Source: a bacterium (GTDB taxonomy: Bacteria; Patescibacteriota; Minisyncoccia; Phycocordibacterales; UBA2100). From it: a stretch of DNA of 64,000 nucleotides. The notes beneath the pieces are model-generated. The model did not search any database and was not told the origin of the DNA. It saw only the letters and a program-made list of their open reading frames with translations. Positions 38,784 to 47,660 of the stretch are shown in pieces (position 1 is the first letter of the stretch; each line of letters begins with the position of its first letter). The stretch covers positions 130,445 through 194,444 of the forward strand of contig JAUSJH010000002.1 of the NCBI GenBank assembly GCA_030647655.1, given 5' to 3'. The translations under genes were made by a program, and so were the position numbers.

Positions 38784-39278
38784 ATGAAGAAAGTAGCCGT
38801 ACTTCGGAGCAAAATACACGGCAAGGGTTTTTTTGTTGTGAAACCTACCAAAAAAGGAGCTGTCGTCGGCATCCTGCGGGGTAAACTCCGCAAGAACGTA
38901 AGAGTAAGCAGGAACGGGAGAGACGCTTCTTCCCATCCCGATTGGATTGGCATCGGGGAAAATACGTGGCTCGATCCGAGTCCTCCATATAAATTCATCA
39001 ACCACTCGTGTAATCCCTCTGCGGGTATCAAAGGCAAAGTGACGATGATTGCGCAACGGAATCTGAAGGCAGGAGACGAAGTTACACTCGACTATTCCAC
39101 CATAGAAGAGGACACGCGCTGGCATATGAAGTGTTCCTGCAGAAGCAGGAACTGTCGAAAAGTCATCCGCTCTATCCAATTTTTGCCATATACTACGTAT
39201 AAGAGGTATCTGCCGTACATTCCGGCATACTTCCAGAAACTCTATTCAAAAGCTAGAAGTAATAGGAAGAGCGTATGA
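38784..39278 (+). CDS. SET-domain methyltransferase with post-SET Zn motif
   Basis: SKIHGKG, FINHSCNP, GDEVTLDY, CSCRSRNCR. Confidence 0.93.
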   Translation: MKKVAVLRSKIHGKGFFVVKPTKKGAVVGILRGKLRKNVRVSRNGRDASSHPDWIGIGENTWLDPSPPYKFINHSCNPSAGIKGKVTMIAQRNLKAGDEVTLDYSTIEEDTRWHMKCSCRSRNCRKVIRSIQFLPYTTYKRYLPYIPAYFQKLYSKARSNRKSV

Positions 39279-39664
39279 TACTGGTCAAGACAAAAATCGG
39301 TCAAAGCAATATCCACGGAATCGGCCTGTTCGCAGCGGAGCCGATCGCCAAAGGCACAAAGGTGTGGGAATTTACGCCTGGGTTTGAGGTTGTTTTGGAC
39401 AAGGAGCAAGTTAGCCGTCTTTCCGAAGCGGCTAGAGAACAGTTCTTCCATTACGCATATCTCAGTAAGGAAAGCAGGAAATACGTTTTGTGTACTGACG
39501 ATGCTCGTTTTTTCAACCATGACGATAATTCGAACATCACATGCATAGTTCCGCGCGAAACTCGTATCGAGAACGCGCTCGAATGCTTCGCTACGAGAGA
39601 CATTCAGGCCAACGAGGAAATTACCAACAACTACCGAGAGTTCGACAGTACGCAGGAAATATGA
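39275..39664 (+). CDS. SET-domain protein without post-SET
   Basis: SNIHGIGLFA, ARFFNHDD, ATRDIQANEEITNNY. Confidence 0.9.
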   Translation: MILVKTKIGQSNIHGIGLFAAEPIAKGTKVWEFTPGFEVVLDKEQVSRLSEAAREQFFHYAYLSKESRKYVLCTDDARFFNHDDNSNITCIVPRETRIENALECFATRDIQANEEITNNYREFDSTQEI

Positions 39665-39834
39665 AAACAACAAAGGAAAGCGCCTATTTTCTCGCCATAT
39701 TATTAGGATTGTTTCTGACGGCCGTTGCAATATCGTACTATCGATACATGGTCCTCCACGAATTCCAATATTTTGTAACCGAAAGTGATATCCCCGATCG
39801 GTTCGAGATGTCATCCTACACGTCCGCACTATGA
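39661..39834 (+). CDS. Small single-TM protein (57 aa)
   Basis: MKTTKESAYFLAILLGLFLTAVAISYYRY...; ATGA overlaps with both neighbours. Confidence 0.7.
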   Translation: MKTTKESAYFLAILLGLFLTAVAISYYRYMVLHEFQYFVTESDIPDRFEMSSYTSAL

Positions 39835-41513
39835 CCGGAGAACTAGAAGCCCTCATCGAAGCGTGCGAATGGTTCCCCTCGTACTATCTCATTTTATCGG
39901 AGAACGTTTACACGCCTCTACTATATTACTCATATCTCGGCTCTCTGATACCGACCCTTCTCATTGCAGGATACGTGCTGATCAACGGCGCAAAAGAACT
40001 GGCGAACAGGCTCCTGTTCCTTATGTCTCTATGCTTCGGGATTTGGGTCTTCGGTGCCATGGTTACGTGGGCTACCGAATTTCCCTCCTATACGATGTTT
40101 TTCTGGACACTCATCAATTTGGCAGAAGCTTTCGTATACTTTCTTGCCTTCTACTTCTTCTACGTCTTCGTATTTAAGAAGGATTTGACTCTGCGACAGA
40201 AAATAATCTTCAGTTTGCCGCTGCTGCCTACGCTCGCTCTCGCTTCCACACCCTACATGCTTTTAGGATACAATCTTTCGGACTGCGACAGAAATGCCTT
40301 TGAAGGAATACTGTCGGTATGGGATTTTTCGATGGAATTCCTCTTCGCCGCCCTTATAGCCGGCTTCGCGGGATACGCGTGGAAAAACGCATCGTCTTGG
40401 GAACAAAAAAAACAAACAACACTACTTGCAACTGGTATTATCGCTTTCTTATTGAGTTTTTCCTTGGGAAATATTCTCGAAATCTTCACGGAGAATTGGT
40501 ACATTGGGCAGTATGGGCTATTCGGCGCTCCAATCTTCGTAGCATTCCTTGCCTATCTCATAGTCAGATTTAAGGCCTTCAATCTCAAGCTCATCGGTGC
40601 GCAGGCGCTTGTCACGGCTTTATGGCTTCTGGTACTCACCCTCTTATTTGTGCGGCATATTGAAAATGTACGAGTTGTTACGTCCATCACGCTCATATTC
40701 GTGCTTATACTTGGGATTATTTTGGTTCGAAGTGTGCGGAAAGAAGTGCAGCAACGAGAACTTATTCAGAAGCAGGAGCAGGAGCTCGAGGTGGTGAATA
40801 AGCAACAGGAGACCCTCTTGCACTTCATCAGTCACGAGATCAAGGGCTACCTGACAAAAGGGGAGAGTGCATTTTCTGAAATTGCCGATGGGGACTACGG
40901 CGCCATTCCGGCTGGTGTAAAAACGCTCGCGAGCGGCGCCTTGGCCGAGATGCGTAAAGGAGTGAGAACCGTGATGGAAATACTCGACGCCTCGAATTTG
41001 AAAAAAGGTACGGTGAGTTACAAAATGCAGACCTTCGACCTCAAAGCCGCCGTTGTTGACGTCGTCAACCACCTCAAGCCCGCCGCCGAAGCGAAGCACA
41101 TAGACATCAAGACGACGATAGATACGCAAGGGCGCTTTATCATGAATGGCGATGAGGAGAAGATTCGTCAGCACGTATTGCGCAACCTCATAGACAACGC
41201 CATCAAATACACACCAGAGGGGAGCATCAGCGTCGAGCTTGGGAGCTCGAACAGCCCCTCGACTTCGCTCGGGGTAAACAAAATCCGTTTTGTGGTCAAA
41301 GACAGCGGGGTGGGCATCACGCCCGAGGACATGGCGAAGCTCTTTACGGAAGGCGGCCACGGAAAGGATTCCATCAAGGTGAATTCCCACTCGACGGGCT
41401 ATGGTCTCTTCATCGCAAAGGAAATCGTGGACGCCCACGGCGGCAAAATCTGGGCAGAATCCAAGGGGCAGGGCAAGGGCTCTCGATTCATTGTCGAGCT
41501 TCCTGCGCTCTAA
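39831..41513 (+). CDS. Sensor histidine kinase with N-terminal multi-TM (7TM-like) sensor
   Basis: About 9 TM; H-box ISHEIKG, N-box NLIDNAIKY, G1 DSGVG, G2 GYGL. Confidence 0.93.
   Translation: MTGELEALIEACEWFPSYYLILSENVYTPLLYYSYLGSLIPTLLIAGYVLINGAKELANRLLFLMSLCFGIWVFGAMVTWATEFPSYTMFFWTLINLAEAFVYFLAFYFFYVFVFKKDLTLRQKIIFSLPLLPTLALASTPYMLLGYNLSDCDRNAFEGILSVWDFSMEFLFAALIAGFAGYAWKNASSWEQKKQTTLLATGIIAFLLSFSLGNILEIFTENWYIGQYGLFGAPIFVAFLAYLIVRFKAFNLKLIGAQALVTALWLLVLTLLFVRHIENVRVVTSITLIFVLILGIILVRSVRKEVQQRELIQKQEQELEVVNKQQETLLHFISHEIKGYLTKGESAFSEIADGDYGAIPAGVKTLASGALAEMRKGVRTVMEILDASNLKKGTVSYKMQTFDLKAAVVDVVNHLKPAAEAKHIDIKTTIDTQGRFIMNGDEEKIRQHVLRNLIDNAIKYTPEGSISVELGSSNSPSTSLGVNKIRFVVKDSGVGITPEDMAKLFTEGGHGKDSIKVNSHSTGYGLFIAKEIVDAHGGKIWAESKGQGKGSRFIVELPAL
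41255..41279. repeat. Palindromic repeat inserted in-frame in the kinase ATPase domain (PSTSLGVN)
   Basis: CCCCTCGACTTCGCTCGGGGTAAAC between N-box and G1. Confidence 0.55.
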
Positions 41514-41588
41514 ACATATCGCAAAAAGCTTTGCCCACAGCAATGCGGAAATGTCATACAAAGAGGCGAAATGGTATACTGACCGACT

Positions 41589-41897
41589 ATGGCGAAGAAA
41601 GAAAAGGATACCAATGGTCTGCTGTCGGAGTTGATGGCATTTGTGAAGAAACAATTTGAGCGGCAGGAAAAGCAACTCGACCGCGTTGAGAGTGTGCTTT
41701 CACTGCACCAAGACATTCTGGAAAAAGGTTCCGAAGATATGCGAGACTTACGCCAAGGACAACTCCTACACGATAAACGCTTCGACGAGCTCGATTCGGC
41801 AGTCCATGGCATATCTCGGGCAGTTGATAAAGATGCGGTAAAAGTCATTGACCACGAGCGCCGCATCATTCGCCTCGAACACTCACGGCCACGGTAA
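41589..41897 (+). CDS. Hypothetical coiled-coil protein
   Basis: Heptad pattern ending DHERRIIRLE; TATACT upstream. Confidence 0.7.
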   Translation: MAKKEKDTNGLLSELMAFVKKQFERQEKQLDRVESVLSLHQDILEKGSEDMRDLRQGQLLHDKRFDELDSAVHGISRAVDKDAVKVIDHERRIIRLEHSRPR

Positions 41898-41905
41898 GAC
41901 AGCAT

Positions 41906-41968
41906 TTCTGGGTAGAATCCGACGACGGAGGTAAAGGTGCGCGATTTATTGTCGAATTCACAGTCTAG
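41906..41968 (+). pseudogene. Duplicated remnant of the histidine kinase 3' end
   Basis: Reads FWVESDDGGKGARFIVEFTV* versus kinase end IWAESKGQGKGSRFIVELPAL*. Confidence 0.75.
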
Positions 41969-42044
41969 TTGCCCACATCAACCTAAAATGACATAGTTTG
42001 GAGAGTCCTGTTTGCCTTGGCAGGAAAAAGAGACTGTGCAAAAA

Positions 42045-42116
42045 CCGCGACAGGCCCGGAAGCCTGTTTTGCGGGGGCCCTGAAGCCCTCACTACTCTTG
42101 GCCCCGGAAGGCCGAG
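42045..42116 (+). promoter_or_regulatory. Leader with three tandem CC(G/T)GAA-loop hairpins
   Basis: ACAGGC-CCGGAA-GCCTGT; GGGC-CCTGAA-GCCC; CTTGGCC-CCGGAA-GGCCGAG. Confidence 0.5.
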
Positions 42117-42139
42117 CATCAAGGTATTGGAGACTGCAC

Positions 42140-42901
42140 GTGACTAATAATGATCTCAGGTTATCGCCCGAGCAGGTGATCTACCTGTCCGGCGGTTCGC
42201 CGAAACCGCGGATCGACGCGCTGCGTCAACTGTGGTTCGAGAAAAACGGCGAAGAACCGGTTGCCACCGGTCATGGCTGCATCCGCAGTCGGCGATTCCA
42301 ACGAATGTGGAGTTGGCCGACCATGATTGCCGGTATCGCTCTCGTCGTCGCCAGCTTCGTGTTCATGGCTGAAGCGGACAAAGCAGAAGAGCTGTACGTC
42401 ACGGGCAAAGCCGCTGCTGACAGCGGCGATGCGATGTTCAGCTACTCGTTGCTGTGTTTGGCCGTAGGGATAATCATCGGCGTGATCGGACTTTCTGGAG
42501 TCTCTGAAAGCGGACGAAAAGCTTTCAACTTCCAATATAAAGAAGGCAACTTCGGCCACGACTTCGGCTATGTCTACGATTTGCTCAAGGACCTCGAGGT
42601 CATGCAGATCGTCCAGGAAGAGAACCCGGAGTGGCGTCAGGTTTTCATCGACAAGGCCACGCAGATCCTCGACGAGCAAGCGTACAAGCTGAAAAAAGCC
42701 GAGAAGGCTAATCTCGCCAAGTACATCGGCTTCAAGATCAACGGCAAGCCCACCAAGGAAAGCGAGCGCGAGCGGGACGAGTTTTCCCGCCTCTACGACC
42801 TCTTCATCGGCTTCGGCCTTGCGGACCCCAATGGATGGGGACCCTATGACCAACATGCCGAGGAGCGGCTACTTCGCGAAGCTCAGGGCACTGCTGCCTG
42901 A
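42140..42901 (+). CDS. Hypothetical 2-TM membrane protein (orphan)
   Basis: GGAG SD before GTG 42140; two TM helices; own terminator. Confidence 0.7.
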   Translation: MTNNDLRLSPEQVIYLSGGSPKPRIDALRQLWFEKNGEEPVATGHGCIRSRRFQRMWSWPTMIAGIALVVASFVFMAEADKAEELYVTGKAAADSGDAMFSYSLLCLAVGIIIGVIGLSGVSESGRKAFNFQYKEGNFGHDFGYVYDLLKDLEVMQIVQEENPEWRQVFIDKATQILDEQAYKLKKAEKANLAKYIGFKINGKPTKESERERDEFSRLYDLFIGFGLADPNGWGPYDQHAEERLLREAQGTAA

Positions 42902-42912
42902 GCAACTTCGAC

Positions 42913-42954
42913 AATGGCGCCGCGCGGTCATTCCCGCGCGGCGTTATTCTTTTT
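42913..42954 (+). terminator. Intrinsic terminator
   Basis: CGCCGCGCGG/CCGCGCGGCG stem followed by T-rich tail. Confidence 0.75.
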
Positions 42955-42979
42955 CTATGCTTATGCTATATTTGTGGCT

Positions 42980-43915
42980 ATGCAACGGCTTTTTACGGGT
43001 CTCCAGCCTTCGGGAACGCTCCACATCGGCAACTACTTTGGGGCGCTTAAACAGACCGCCGAATTGCTGAAAAATTCTGATGGATTAGTGATGATAGCCG
43101 ATTATCATGCGCTCACCACACTCAAGGAACCCGCACAATTGCGGGAGAACATAGCAGGTGTCGTGCGCGATTATGTCGCGGTTGGCGTGGATCCGAAGAA
43201 GTCTATTATCTTCCAGCAATCCTCAAATCCGGCGCATACCGAGCTCGCGTGGATATTCGATTGTCTCGTTACGGTGCCCTTTCTCATGCAGGCGCACGCA
43301 TACAAAGATAAGGTAGCAAAAGGCCTCGAAGCCAACGCGGGACTTTTCACCTACCCGATGCTCATGGCCGCCGACATCTTGCTCTATGACACCGATATCG
43401 TCCCAGTGGGCGCCGATCAGAAGCAACACGTGGAATACGCACGCGAAGCCGCAATGAAATTCAACGCGGCGTTCGGCGAGACGTTCAAGGAGCCAAAAGA
43501 AAAAATACTAGATTCTGTCGCGGTCGTCCCCGGCACCGACGGCAAAAAAATGAGCAAAAGCTACGGCAACACCATTCCATTATTCGGTACGAAAGACGAG
43601 ATACAAAAGGCGGTCATGAGTATTGTTACGGATTCGAAGGCAGAAAGTCCAGAGAACGTCTACAACATCCACAAGCTTTTCCGAAGCGGCGAGAGCCTCG
43701 CCGCGCTCTACAAAGAGAATAAAGGCAAGTACAAGGCGCTCAAAGATGCGCTCATCGAAGATATAGAGACTTTGGTCGGGCCGATGCGAGAAAGGCGCGC
43801 GAGTGTTACCGATGCGGACGTTAAGCGCATTCTTGAAGACGGTGGCGAGCGGGCACGGGAGAGAGCAGAAAAGAAAATGGCCGATGTACGAGCCAAAGTG
43901 GGTGTGACCCTCTAA
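42980..43915 (+). CDS. trpS: Tryptophan--tRNA ligase
   Basis: QPSGTLHIGNY, YPMLMAADIL, VPVGADQ, KMSKS. Confidence 0.98.
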   Translation: MQRLFTGLQPSGTLHIGNYFGALKQTAELLKNSDGLVMIADYHALTTLKEPAQLRENIAGVVRDYVAVGVDPKKSIIFQQSSNPAHTELAWIFDCLVTVPFLMQAHAYKDKVAKGLEANAGLFTYPMLMAADILLYDTDIVPVGADQKQHVEYAREAAMKFNAAFGETFKEPKEKILDSVAVVPGTDGKKMSKSYGNTIPLFGTKDEIQKAVMSIVTDSKAESPENVYNIHKLFRSGESLAALYKENKGKYKALKDALIEDIETLVGPMRERRASVTDADVKRILEDGGERARERAEKKMADVRAKVGVTL

Positions 43916-43956
43916 CGCTATACTAGTATTTTGCAAAAGACTGCAATAGAAAGAAT

Positions 43957-45360
43957 ATGATAAGAACTTTCATAAACGATTTGAAGAATCACGTGGGCGA
44001 GACTGTGCTTATAAAAGGCTGGGTATCGGTGCGGCGGGATCAAGGCAAAATGGTCTTTTTTGATTTCCGCGACATGACCGGAGAGGTGCAGGGCGTTGTG
44101 CTTGCGGGAAGCCCTGCGATAGAGACAGCAAAAAATACTAGCCGTGAGAGCGTCGTTGCCATCACTGCCGAAGTGAAAAAGCGTCCCGAGAAAAATGCGC
44201 AGGCGGAGAAACAAAATGGCGACATCGAGCTCGTGGTCAAAGATTTGGTTGTCGAGAGTCCGTCTGCCACGCTTCCATTCGAGATAAATGAGGACACAGC
44301 GGCAATCAATGAGGAGAGCAGGCTCGCGTACCGCTATCTCGACCTTCGGAGCGAGCGCATGCAACGTAATATCCGCCTGCGAAGCGAATTCGTGCGCCGA
44401 TGCCGTGATTTCCTTTTTGCCGAGCATTTTACCGAGATAGAAACACCACTCCTCACTGAATCCACACCCGAAGGCTCGCGCGATTTCGTCGTGCCGTCAC
44501 GACTGCACCACGGCAAATTCTACGCCCTTCCGCAATCTCCCCAACAGTACAAACAGCTCCTTATGGTCGGCGGCTTCGAGCGCTACTTCCAGCTCGCACG
44601 TGCGGTACGCGACGAGGACCTACGCGCGGACCGCGGATTCGAGCACACACAAATTGATATTGAGATGTCGTTCGTGAGCCAAGAAGATGTGATGAGTACT
44701 GTAGAGCGTATGATAACGACCGTCGTGGAGGGTCTCGGGTTCACGGTGAAAGAAAAACCGTTTCCGCGTTTTACCTATGCCGAGGCCATCGAAAAATTCG
44801 GCTCTGATAAATTCGATCTGCGTACCGAGGAGGAAAAGCAGAGGAACATTCTCGCCTACGCATGGGTCTACAAATTCCCATTCTTCGAAAAGACGCCGGA
44901 AGGGAAATGGACGTTCACTCACAACCCCTTCTCGATGCCCCTCGCAGAACATGTCGAGCAGCTTATGCAAAAAAAGAATATCGGTGAAATACTGACTACA
45001 CAATACGACCTCGTGTGCAACGGGTCTGAAACGGGCGGTGGCAGTATACGCGCCCACAAACACGAAATCCTAAAAGCCGCGTATGAGGTCATGGGGTACT
45101 CCGCAGATGAGATAGAGGAGCGCATCGGGCACATGCTCAAAGCCTTTGAGTTCGGCGTTCCTCCGCATGGCGGCATAGCGCTCGGCGTCGAGCGCCTCAT
45201 CATGAGTCTCACTGATGAGACGCAACTGCGCGAAGTGCAGGCATTCCCGATGACGCGCAGCGGCCAGACTTCCGTTATGAAAGCTCCCAAGCAACTAACA
45301 AAAGAACAACTTGACGAGCTCGGTATCCAAATTAAACCGGAAAAGCGGCATGATAAATGA
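43957..45360 (+). CDS. aspS: Aspartate--tRNA ligase (short form lacking GAD insertion)
   Basis: OB fold, RYLDLR, TPEGSRDF, LPQSPQQYKQLLM, RDEDLRADR, PPHGGIALG. Confidence 0.95.
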   Translation: MIRTFINDLKNHVGETVLIKGWVSVRRDQGKMVFFDFRDMTGEVQGVVLAGSPAIETAKNTSRESVVAITAEVKKRPEKNAQAEKQNGDIELVVKDLVVESPSATLPFEINEDTAAINEESRLAYRYLDLRSERMQRNIRLRSEFVRRCRDFLFAEHFTEIETPLLTESTPEGSRDFVVPSRLHHGKFYALPQSPQQYKQLLMVGGFERYFQLARAVRDEDLRADRGFEHTQIDIEMSFVSQEDVMSTVERMITTVVEGLGFTVKEKPFPRFTYAEAIEKFGSDKFDLRTEEEKQRNILAYAWVYKFPFFEKTPEGKWTFTHNPFSMPLAEHVEQLMQKKNIGEILTTQYDLVCNGSETGGGSIRAHKHEILKAAYEVMGYSADEIEERIGHMLKAFEFGVPPHGGIALGVERLIMSLTDETQLREVQAFPMTRSGQTSVMKAPKQLTKEQLDELGIQIKPEKRHDK

Positions 45361-46081
45361 ACGATTCACAATAGCGACACCTGCCTTCGCAGGCCCACTC
45401 GAAACGCTCCTCAACATGATAGAGGAGCGGAAAATGTCGATTTCGGACATTTCACTCTCCGAGGTCACCGATGCGTATCTGGCGTACGTCGAGAAATTGC
45501 CGGAGCTTCCACTCGGAGAAACTGCGCAATTTATCCTTGTCGCTTCTACACTGCTTCTCATCAAATCACGCGCACTTTTGCCCACACTCGAACTTTCGGA
45601 AGACGAACGAGAGTCGGTGGAGGAGCTTGAACGACGGCTCGAGCGTCTGCGACTTATCCGGAAAATAGCGAAGACTTTACGCAAAGAGTGGGGGAGGGCA
45701 CCGTTTCTTCTCGCGCGCCGCGCGCCCAAGCGCGCGGTCACTTTCAGTCCCGCCGATGCAACGATTTCCACACTTGTGCGCGCGGCAAAGGGCCTCTTGA
45801 GCATATTGCCGAAGCCCGAAGAAATGGCCCGCGTTGCGGTTGCTCCCGTACTTGCGCTCGAAGATGTCATTGCGCACCTCAAAAAACGCCTCTCAACCAC
45901 GTTCAAAGCCCGTTTCTCCGAACTCACACGCTCGCGCGACCGGCACGAGGTCATCGTGTACTTCCTAGGCATTCTCGAGCTTGTGCGCACGGGGTCCGCG
46001 AGCGTTTCCCAAGAGCGGCTTTTTGACGACATCACAATAGAGATAGAAAACATAACCGGCGCCCCAAAATTCGGCGTATGA
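45350..46081 (+). CDS. scpA: Segregation/condensation protein A
   Basis: FAGPLETLL, ASTLLLIKSRALLP, FLGILEL, QERLFDDI. Confidence 0.93.
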   Translation: MINERFTIATPAFAGPLETLLNMIEERKMSISDISLSEVTDAYLAYVEKLPELPLGETAQFILVASTLLLIKSRALLPTLELSEDERESVEELERRLERLRLIRKIAKTLRKEWGRAPFLLARRAPKRAVTFSPADATISTLVRAAKGLLSILPKPEEMARVAVAPVLALEDVIAHLKKRLSTTFKARFSELTRSRDRHEVIVYFLGILELVRTGSASVSQERLFDDITIEIENITGAPKFGV

Positions 46082-46653
46082 ACATTCCGGACCTCGCAAA
46101 ACGTGCAGAGGCATTTCTATTCAGCGAAGGCGGGTCTTTGACCCTGCGGAAGCTCGAGCAATTGCTTGGCGTGAAAACGCCGCAACTGCGCGAGATACTC
46201 GCGGAGCTCCGTATAAGGCGGGAGGGAAGCGGGCTTGCGCTCGTAGAGACCGCAACCGAAGCTTCGCTTGTCGTTACTTCGGAAGAATCCAGTGCGGTGC
46301 GCTCCGCTTTCGAGCGCGAGTTGGAAAAAGAAATAGGAGACGCGGGTCTCGAAGTCCTTTCAATCGTCCTTTATCGTGGACCTTCGACACGGGCACAGAT
46401 AGATTACATCCGCGGCGTCAACACGAGCTCCACCATGCGAACACTTCTTGCACGTGGGCTACTTATGCGCACAGGTAATCCGGAGGATGGCCGCGAATAT
46501 CTCTACTACCCGACAGTCGAACTTCTGGCGCATCTCGGAGTGCGCACGGCCGAGGAATTGCCGGACTACCAAACCGTTCGTACGGAGTTGGCAGCTTTCG
46601 AGTCGGCGAACACGCCACAAGACATCAACGAAGCGCGAAGTGATGCGGAATAA
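46078..46653 (+). CDS. scpB: Segregation/condensation protein B
   Basis: EAFLF, LEVLSIVLYRGP, IDYIRGVN. Confidence 0.93.
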   Translation: MNIPDLAKRAEAFLFSEGGSLTLRKLEQLLGVKTPQLREILAELRIRREGSGLALVETATEASLVVTSEESSAVRSAFERELEKEIGDAGLEVLSIVLYRGPSTRAQIDYIRGVNTSSTMRTLLARGLLMRTGNPEDGREYLYYPTVELLAHLGVRTAEELPDYQTVRTELAAFESANTPQDINEARSDAE

Positions 46654-46659
46654 TAATGT

Positions 46660-47652
46660 ATGGCGGAAGAAACACGACCAATTGAAGGACCGGCGGCCGT
46701 CGAGATGGTGGCACCACCATCTCCACAACGTTTTTTGGGGGCGGCTACGCTTGTCCTTATGTTTTTTGCAAGCGCGAGCTTGACTGCCGCCTATCTTTCC
46801 AACATTCAAGCTGGTGCGCAGGCACAGATGGCCTCTGCATCAACTGTGATAGACCCGTTCGCGCCACTATCTCTCGATGCAAAAGCGGTATACGTAGCCG
46901 ATCTCGCGACCGGCAAAGTGCTGTATGCAAAGAACGAAGATGTACAACTCCCGCTCGCGTCCCTCGCAAAGGTGATGTTGGCACTCGCCGTCTCAGAAGC
47001 TCTTGCGCCGGACGCGATAGTCACCGTCCCGCCGCATTCGACCCCCGACGGCGCACCGAAGCGTCTCCCCGACGGCACACAATGGCATGCGCAAGACCTC
47101 ATTGATTTCACGCTTGTGGCTTCCTCAAATGAAGGCGCGAGCGTACTCGCAGAAGCGGCGGATTCCGTATTGTCCCGCATATACAAGGAGGCGAAAAGGG
47201 GAGGGGCGACACTCTGGCGCATGAACGACCTCGCGCTGAACCTCGGACTCACGCACACGTATTTTCTCAACGAAAGTGGGCTTGATTTGAGTGAGACACA
47301 AGCCGGTGCATTTGGCTCCGCGCGCGATATCGCACTTCTCTTCGCCTATGCCGCCTCGACATCACCCGCGCGTTTCGAAGCCACAGCACGCGGAGGAGAG
47401 GTTTTCAGGTCGCTCGACGGCGCCAAAGCGACGGTCGTCAACACCGACAAGATTTTGGGCGAGATACCGGGGCTCGTGATGGGGAAAACCGGTGCTACTG
47501 ACCTTGCTGGAGGAAATCTTGGCGTAATCTTCGATGTTGGGCCGGCGCACCCCGTGGTCGCTGTCGTCCTACACTCTACCGACGAGGGCCGCTTTTCTGA
47601 TATGCGAAAGCTCGTCACAGCGGCGCAAGCGGCCATAACAGAAGCGCATTGA
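46660..47652 (+). CDS. D-Ala-D-Ala carboxypeptidase (peptidase S11)
   Basis: SxxK (SLAK), SxN (SSN), KTG; TM anchor. Confidence 0.9.
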   Translation: MAEETRPIEGPAAVEMVAPPSPQRFLGAATLVLMFFASASLTAAYLSNIQAGAQAQMASASTVIDPFAPLSLDAKAVYVADLATGKVLYAKNEDVQLPLASLAKVMLALAVSEALAPDAIVTVPPHSTPDGAPKRLPDGTQWHAQDLIDFTLVASSNEGASVLAEAADSVLSRIYKEAKRGGATLWRMNDLALNLGLTHTYFLNESGLDLSETQAGAFGSARDIALLFAYAASTSPARFEATARGGEVFRSLDGAKATVVNTDKILGEIPGLVMGKTGATDLAGGNLGVIFDVGPAHPVVAVVLHSTDEGRFSDMRKLVTAAQAAITEAH

Positions 47653-47660
47653 TATACGTT

